A stretch of 19,134 bases of DNA from the NCBI GenBank assembly GCA_964483775.1, contig CAZADA010000053.1:1-19134 (forward strand), in the 5' to 3' direction. Below, piece by piece: positions 14,388 through 19,134 of this stretch. The notes under the pieces are model-generated. The model worked only from the letters and a program-made list of their open reading frames with translations. It was not told where the DNA came from and did no database searches. The DNA is from an uncultured Caulobacterales bacterium (GTDB lineage: Bacteria; Pseudomonadota; Alphaproteobacteria; Caulobacterales; Maricaulaceae). The position numbers were made by a program, and so were the translations under genes. Numbering within the stretch: the first letter of the stretch is position 1; each line of letters begins with the position of its first letter.

Positions 14388-14908
14388 GGCGTGTCCCCCG
14401 TCTTCGGTTCGGCCATCTCGTGTTTGAGATGCGCAAGCGCTTTTCGCGCCGCGGCGAGCCGGCTCATCACCGTCCCGATCGGAATCTCCAGCGCCGCCGC
14501 CGCGTCCTTGTATGTCCATCCTTCAACGTACACCAGCATGACCACAATACGCTGCGCTTCGGGCAACGCTCCTACTGTGGTCAACACCTGTTGCGCCAGA
14601 ATATTCGTTTCAAGTTGACCGGTATAATCGACCGTCAGGGCTTCGGTTGCGTCCAAAAGGCCGGAGCCGCGGCGAACAGCCTCACTTCGGATCTGATTTT
14701 TCCAAATCGATGACAGGATTGCGAAGGTCCAATGATCCAGGCGTGAGCCGGGTTGGAATTGGTCGGCGCGTTGTAACGCCCGCTCACACGTCGCTTGAAC
14801 CAGATCGTCCGCTGTTGACCGGTCGCCGCAGGTCACCACCGCAAACCGCCAAAGGCGGTCGAGCAGAGCTGGCAAGCCCTCTCGAACGGCGGATTGCGTT
14901 GAGGACAT
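14384..14908 (-). CDS. ECF-subfamily RNA polymerase sigma-70 factor
   Basis: Region 2 (DRLWRFAVVTCGDRSTADDLVQATCERAL) and region 4 HTH (YKDAAAALEIPIGTVMSRLAAARKAL). ATG at comp 14906-14908; the TTG at 14911 would add one residue. Confidence 0.85.
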   Translation of the reverse strand: MSSTQSAVREGLPALLDRLWRFAVVTCGDRSTADDLVQATCERALQRADQFQPGSRLDHWTFAILSSIWKNQIRSEAVRRGSGLLDATEALTVDYTGQLETNILAQQVLTTVGALPEAQRIVVMLVYVEGWTYKDAAAALEIPIGTVMSRLAAARKALAHLKHEMAEPKTGDTP

Positions 14909-15114
14909 CAATTCAGATCCGTGGGGTCCATGGGATCGACGTTTAGCGCACTGGCGTCAATTTATCGGCTGATTGGGGAAGATCGAGCGGCAAATGCAGC
15001 ATCCGGTGCACAAAAGCGTGAAGCCGCCCTTTGGTTTGTGACGCTCCACGGATCTGACGAAGACAAAGCCGCCTTGATCCCACCGCGCCGGCCGCCAATC
15101 GCATCATCCGCGTT

Positions 15115-16017
15115 TCAACCGGACAAGCATTGGCGCAAAAACTCCGCGAACCGGACTGTCTTGGCCGGCACGAAAGAGCGAGACGGCAACATCAACCACA
15201 GCGCGGCGTCAGAAACATCCTGAACACCGCCCACCGCCCATCCCGGCAACACCTCAGTCAACGCACCATTGGCGATGTCATCATCGACCATCCAGTCGGC
15301 CAGCACCGCCAGCCCCATGTGTCGCTTCACGCACTCGGCAATCGCCAACGCGTTTGTGAGCGTGACATGCGCGTCAATCTTCACATCAACTGGCGGGCCC
15401 GCTCGGTCGCGAAAGCGCCAATGGGATTGGAATGCCGGATAGCTGAACGTCACACAGCGATGGCGAGCGACATCGTTTGGGTGCGTGATGGGTGGCGCAC
15501 CCTTCAGATAGCCAGGGCTCGCCACGAGCCTGTACCGCACGGTTTTGAGGCGCTGCGCAATGAGCGAGTTGTCCGCAAGCGCCCCATGGCGGACCGCCAG
15601 ATCGATCCGCTCGCCGATGAGGTCGGCGATTGAGTCCGACAGGAGGAGATCAACGGAGAGGCTGGGGTTTTGCGCGCAGAACGCATCCAGGCGCGGCGCA
15701 ATAACGCGCTGACCGAACGACACCGACGCACTCACGCGGATCCGGCCGGACAAAGCGCCCGCCGCGCCCGCAACGTCGTCTTGGGCGGCTTCGATTTCCT
15801 CTAAGGCCGGGCCGATCCTTGCCAGCAACCGTTCGCCCGCTTCGGTCAGCGAGACTTTCCGGGTGGTCCGCTGAAACAATCTGACGCCGACAGAACGCTC
15901 AAGTCCAGCAACAGCGCGCGTTACCGATGAGGGCGCAACATTGCGAGTCTCCGCGGCGGCGGCGAACCCACCGGCGCGGGCGACCTCAACGAAAGCTCTG
16001 AGTTGCGTCAGCTCCAT
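15115..16017 (-). CDS. LysR-family transcriptional regulator (300 aa)
   Basis: MELTQLRAFVEVARAGGFAAAAETRNVAPSSVTRAVAGLERSVGVRLFQRTTRKVSLTEAGERLL is a canonical LTTR HTH. ATG at comp 16015-16017. The 34-aa N-terminal extension in the table ORF is not supported. Confidence 0.85.
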   Translation of the reverse strand: MELTQLRAFVEVARAGGFAAAAETRNVAPSSVTRAVAGLERSVGVRLFQRTTRKVSLTEAGERLLARIGPALEEIEAAQDDVAGAAGALSGRIRVSASVSFGQRVIAPRLDAFCAQNPSLSVDLLLSDSIADLIGERIDLAVRHGALADNSLIAQRLKTVRYRLVASPGYLKGAPPITHPNDVARHRCVTFSYPAFQSHWRFRDRAGPPVDVKIDAHVTLTNALAIAECVKRHMGLAVLADWMVDDDIANGALTEVLPGWAVGGVQDVSDAALWLMLPSRSFVPAKTVRFAEFLRQCLSG

Positions 16018-16038
16018 AATTGCGCACAATGCAATTAT
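16016..16038. promoter_or_regulatory. LysR-type binding site: perfect 8-bp inverted repeat ATAATTGC-N7-GCAATTAT containing the T-N11-A core (TGC-N7-GCA)
   Basis: Read directly from the sequence. It lies in the lysR/SDR divergent region and abuts or overlaps the lysR ATG. Confidence 0.5.
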
Positions 16039-16131
16039 CATATGTTCGGTGTCCAGTTTATTGTTCCAGCGACATCGGCAAACCAGGTCGCATCGCAACT
16101 GAACCAAGCTCGACCCCAAAGAGGCGACATC

Positions 16132-16905
16132 ATGATTGATCTGACAAACAAAGCCGCGCTGATCACTGGCGCGAGCCGCGGCATCGGCCTGGCGACCGCG
16201 CGTGCGCTATCCGCCTGCGGCGCATCCGTTGCGTTGGCGGCGCGCAGCGAAACGGACATCGCTCGACATGCCGATGACATTGTCCAAGCCGGCGGCAAAG
16301 CCATTGCCGTGCGCTGTGATGTGACCTGTTTCGCCGATTTGAAGACGGCGGTGGTGCAGACGCAGGATGCGTTCGGCGCGCTCGATATTCTGGTCAACAA
16401 CGCCGGCGCCATCGACCCGATCACACGGATCAGCGATAGCGACCCTGACGCATGGACAAACGTCTTAAACGTCAATGTTCTCGGTGTTTACCATGGCCTC
16501 CGCGCCGCCATTCCGGTGATGGAGGCGCAAGGGTCCGGGGTGATTGTCAACATCAGTTCGGGTGCTGCTAACAGCGCTTTGGAGGGATGGAGCCATTATT
16601 GCGCGAGCAAAGCGGCGGCCAAGAAACTGACGGAATGCGCCCACACCGAGGTCGGCGCGCACGGCATCCGAGTGGTTGGGCTGAGCCCTGGCACGGTGGC
16701 GACCAACATGATGGCGAGCATCAAAGAGTCAGGCGTCAACCCGGTCAGCCGTCTCGATTGGTCGACCCACATCCCCCCTGAATGGGTGGGCAAGGCGGTC
16801 GCCTTTCTGTGCGGACCAGAGGGGGACGAGTTTGCGGGAACAGATTTCTCCATCAAGACAGACGAAGGACGCGCACGGGTCGGCCTGCGCGCTGGGGGTG
16901 GTTAG
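16132..16905 (+). CDS. SDR-family (short-chain dehydrogenase/reductase) oxidoreductase
   Basis: ATG at 16132 with an AGAGG RBS. Cofactor motif ITGASRGIGLATARAL, NNAG, and catalytic S...YxxxK (YCASKAA). 257 aa. Confidence 0.85.
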   Translation: MIDLTNKAALITGASRGIGLATARALSACGASVALAARSETDIARHADDIVQAGGKAIAVRCDVTCFADLKTAVVQTQDAFGALDILVNNAGAIDPITRISDSDPDAWTNVLNVNVLGVYHGLRAAIPVMEAQGSGVIVNISSGAANSALEGWSHYCASKAAAKKLTECAHTEVGAHGIRVVGLSPGTVATNMMASIKESGVNPVSRLDWSTHIPPEWVGKAVAFLCGPEGDEFAGTDFSIKTDEGRARVGLRAGGG

Positions 16906-17370
16906 CGGGCCCTGTCAAAGACGCAGAGTTGAGGCGTCCCTTGTGAGCGCGGACGGATTCAGCGGCCGGACGACTGAGTCACGTTCGCGATCGTTCCGTT
17001 TCGGTTCGCAGGCGGCCCTTGCCGCCGATGGTGATCCAATTGCCGGTATGGGCTCCCTGTCGCTCTGCTAGAATCAGCCACTCGCACACTCGGCTTAGAA
17101 CCGCGCGTCGACCGGTTCCGCTCACGGAGCCAAAGCGAAGAGCGCGCGCTCGCGCAAAGAGGCGACGTGCATAAGCGGCTGCGGCTCCCTCGCCACAGTA
17201 CGTGTTTTTTTCGCCACACCCGTGGTCCAACGCCGGATCAAGGCGTATAGCCCTTCGCCGATCAATGAGGTTTCGTTCCGGCTCATGAGACCGGGCGGGC
17301 GCGGGCGCTGTGCGTCGCCGTGTTCCACTTCAGCGATCGCAAGGCGTCCCGATGGGCGGGGCGTCTGACC

Positions 17371-17446
17371 GCTTGGATAGCTCAAATGGGAGAGCACATG
17401 CCTTTTAAGCATGAGGTTTCGGGTTCGAGTCCCGTTCCAAACTCCA
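17371..17446 (+). tRNA. tRNA-Lys (anticodon UUU)-like, 76 nt, with two non-Watson-Crick stem pairs; possibly a degenerate copy
   Basis: Hand-folded. Acceptor GCTTGGA/TCCAAAC has a C2·A71 mismatch. U8. D-arm GCTC-AAATGGGA-GAGC. Anticodon arm CATGC-CTTTTAA-GCATG (U33, anticodon TTT, A37). 5-nt variable loop. T-arm TCGGG-TTCGAGT-CCCGT has U49·U65. Discriminator U73, then CCA. The minus-strand reading shows the GGGACTCGAACCC hallmark. Confidence 0.5.
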
Positions 17447-17680
17447 GCCATCAGCTTGAGGTGCTGACCGGGCTACCGACTGTAAATCGGTTCCAAGCCA
17501 ATTGGGGCGGTCGTCGGGACCGCTCACGCCCCCGTGTGTTGCCGATATGCCACGGCTATCGACGGCTCACGGACCGGCAGGACGTCTCCGCGCTTTGCGG
17601 TGAGGCGGATACCGCCGGTGAGAAACGGCCCAGAGGGGCCGCTGCCCGGAGGATGACGGCGTAAGCTGAATTCCTCCCTG

Positions 17681-17709
17681 CGGCGGGTCCAACAGGCCGG
17701 GACCCGCCG
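17681..17709. other. Stem-loop (10-bp stem CGGCGGGTCC/GGACCCGCCG, 9-nt loop) between the tRNA and the SPFH gene
   Basis: Read directly from the sequence. There is no U-tract, so the function is unknown. Confidence 0.2.
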
Positions 17710-17815
17710 GCTCAAGTCACACCCCGCATGGGTGCGTCCGAGCGGCCCCGGCGATCTCCTCGCCTAAGCCCAGAGTGCAAACGGCGCTGCGGCGCCAAAC
17801 CAAACGAGGCCTGAT

Positions 17816-19069
17816 ATGGTGCAGAACAAATTGGCGTTTAACGCAACGCGCTCGCCCGCCAGCAACCCCGCCGGCGACACAGCGCGCGGCCAAAGCCCCC
17901 CGCGCGGCGCCAATGCGGCGACCCCGCTGTGGGGCGCGTGGAAAACCGTGACCGTGGCCGACTATGAGCGCGGCCTGGTGATCCGTGACGGACGGTTCGA
18001 GCGGGTGCTGGAGCCTGGCCGTCATGTCTGGCGTGACGTCTCCAACCGGACGGGCGCGATCCTGTTCGATTTGCGCAACCCAGTGGTCCCCGGCGATTGG
18101 GGGCTGATGCTGGAGCGCAGCCCGATCGAGGAGGTCGCTGCTTTGCTCACAGCCGTGCGTCCGGACACCGATGAGATCGCTCTGGTGCGTGTCGATGGGC
18201 AACCGGCAGCCGTGGTCCCTGGCGGGCGGGTCCAGCACTTTTGGGCGCCGTTGCGTCCGGTGGGCGTGGAAACCGTGCGCGTGGAGGGCCTGGGCCGGGT
18301 AGACCGGCGCATGTTCGACGCGTGGGCCAGCTTGGCTGGCCGGGCGATCGCCTGGGAGATGGTCAACCATTCCGAAGCCGGCTTGGTCGTCATTGACGGT
18401 GAGCTGGTCGAGCGGGTGGGTCCGGGTCGTCACGCCTACTGGGCGTTCAACCGGACGGTGGCGGTTACGCGGGTGGATCTGCGGCCAACAGCGGTCGAGG
18501 TGTCTGCACAAGAGATCCTGACCAAAGACCGGGTCTCAGTGCGGTTGACCTTGGCGGCCATGGTCCAGGTCACCGATCCAGAGCGGCTCGTCGGCTCGCT
18601 AAACGACCATGAAGGCCACGTCTACCGGTTGGTGCAGTTCGCCGCCCGGGAAGCGGTGGGCGGACGCACGCTCGATGAGATGCTCAAAGAGCGGGCTGAG
18701 GTCGACCGTGAGATCGCGGCCGGCGTGGCGGAACGGTTGGGCGATGTGGGTCTGCGCCTCGGTGAGGTGCGCGTCAAAGACGTGATCTTGCCCGGCGAGA
18801 TGCGGGCGCTCATGAACCGTGTGGTCGAGGCGGAAAAAGCGGCGCAAGCCAACTTGATCCGCCGGCGCGAGGAAACCGCGGCGACGCGGAACCTGCTGAA
18901 CACCGCCCGGTTGATGGACGACAACCCGACGCTGATGCGCTTGAAAGAGCTGGAGGCACTCGAACGCGTCACGGAGAAAATCGGGCTGATCGAAGTCCGC
19001 ACCGGCCAGGATGGATTGGACTCGGTCCTGACCAACCTGGTGCGGCTGACCGACCGCGATGCGTCCTAA
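17816..19069 (+). CDS. SPFH/band-7 (stomatin/prohibitin-like) domain protein with a triplicated N-terminal beta-hairpin motif
   Basis: C-terminal two-thirds carries the canonical SPFH pattern (AQEILTKDRVSVRL...VQVTDPERLV...VKDVILPGEMRALMNRVVEAEKAAQANLIRRREE...). The N-terminus carries three copies of the SPFH 'G.V.R.G...R.L.PG.H...P' strand motif: YERGLVIRDGRFERVLEPGRHVW, IALVRVDGQPAAVVPGGRVQHFW, AGLVVIDGELVERVGPGRHAYW. No N-terminal TM segment is present. Confidence 0.8.
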   Translation: MVQNKLAFNATRSPASNPAGDTARGQSPPRGANAATPLWGAWKTVTVADYERGLVIRDGRFERVLEPGRHVWRDVSNRTGAILFDLRNPVVPGDWGLMLERSPIEEVAALLTAVRPDTDEIALVRVDGQPAAVVPGGRVQHFWAPLRPVGVETVRVEGLGRVDRRMFDAWASLAGRAIAWEMVNHSEAGLVVIDGELVERVGPGRHAYWAFNRTVAVTRVDLRPTAVEVSAQEILTKDRVSVRLTLAAMVQVTDPERLVGSLNDHEGHVYRLVQFAAREAVGGRTLDEMLKERAEVDREIAAGVAERLGDVGLRLGEVRVKDVILPGEMRALMNRVVEAEKAAQANLIRRREETAATRNLLNTARLMDDNPTLMRLKELEALERVTEKIGLIEVRTGQDGLDSVLTNLVRLTDRDAS

Positions 19070-19134
19070 GCGGAGGGTGGATCGGGCCCACGGCCCGGTC
19101 CACTACGCCCGCCCACGGCAGGACCGGCTCGGCG

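Noticed and set aside
13737-14618. 293-aa plus-strand ORF across the sigma/anti-sigma genes (also 15130-15633 plus across the LysR gene and 17717-18511 minus across the SPFH gene)
   Set aside because: Each is antisense to a gene with clear ECF sigma, LysR or SPFH motifs. The translations are Arg/Gly-rich nonsense.
14912-15114. ECF-type promoter (GGAAC-N16-CGTT) upstream of the sigma gene and sigma70-like hexamers (TTGACG) in the 200-bp intergenic region
   Set aside because: No convincing -35/-10 pair at correct spacing could be read by eye, and the ORF 14921-15223 there has no support. It is left unannotated.

Overview
This is a high-GC (~62-65%) bacterial window, probably alphaproteobacterial; the taxon is inferred from gene content and composition only. 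It contains four blocks. (1) A low-GC ~1.1 kb island at about 290-1390 carries two small genes behind a 16-bp perfect palindrome. The island sits next to a partial MobC-like (ribbon-helix-helix) mobilisation gene at the window edge, and its first protein has a HEPN-like Rx4HxxY motif. This is the best candidate for an undescribed toxin-antitoxin, abortive-infection or defence module. (2) A LysR regulator (with an unusual ~120-aa C-terminal extension) sits divergent from an SRPBCC protein and a DUF2892 membrane protein. A ~700-bp degraded region follows, containing a truncated quinone-oxidoreductase-like N-terminal fragment. (3) A type I secretion locus: an AlgE-like outer-membrane beta-barrel, a 1078-aa RTX/CHRD-motif protein built from two diverged tandem ~500-aa modules and carrying an unexpected signal-peptide-like N-terminus, then a PrtD-type ABC ATPase, a HlyD adaptor and a TolC-like protein. 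A convergent ECF sigma/anti-sigma pair lies next to it. (4) A second LysR regulator divergent from an SDR oxidoreductase with a strong LysR-type box, a tRNA-Lys(UUU)-like gene with two stem mismatches, and an SPFH/band-7 protein whose N-terminus repeats the SPFH beta-hairpin three times. Many long antisense ORFs in the GC-rich repeats are artefacts. No CRISPR array, integrase or transposase was found.
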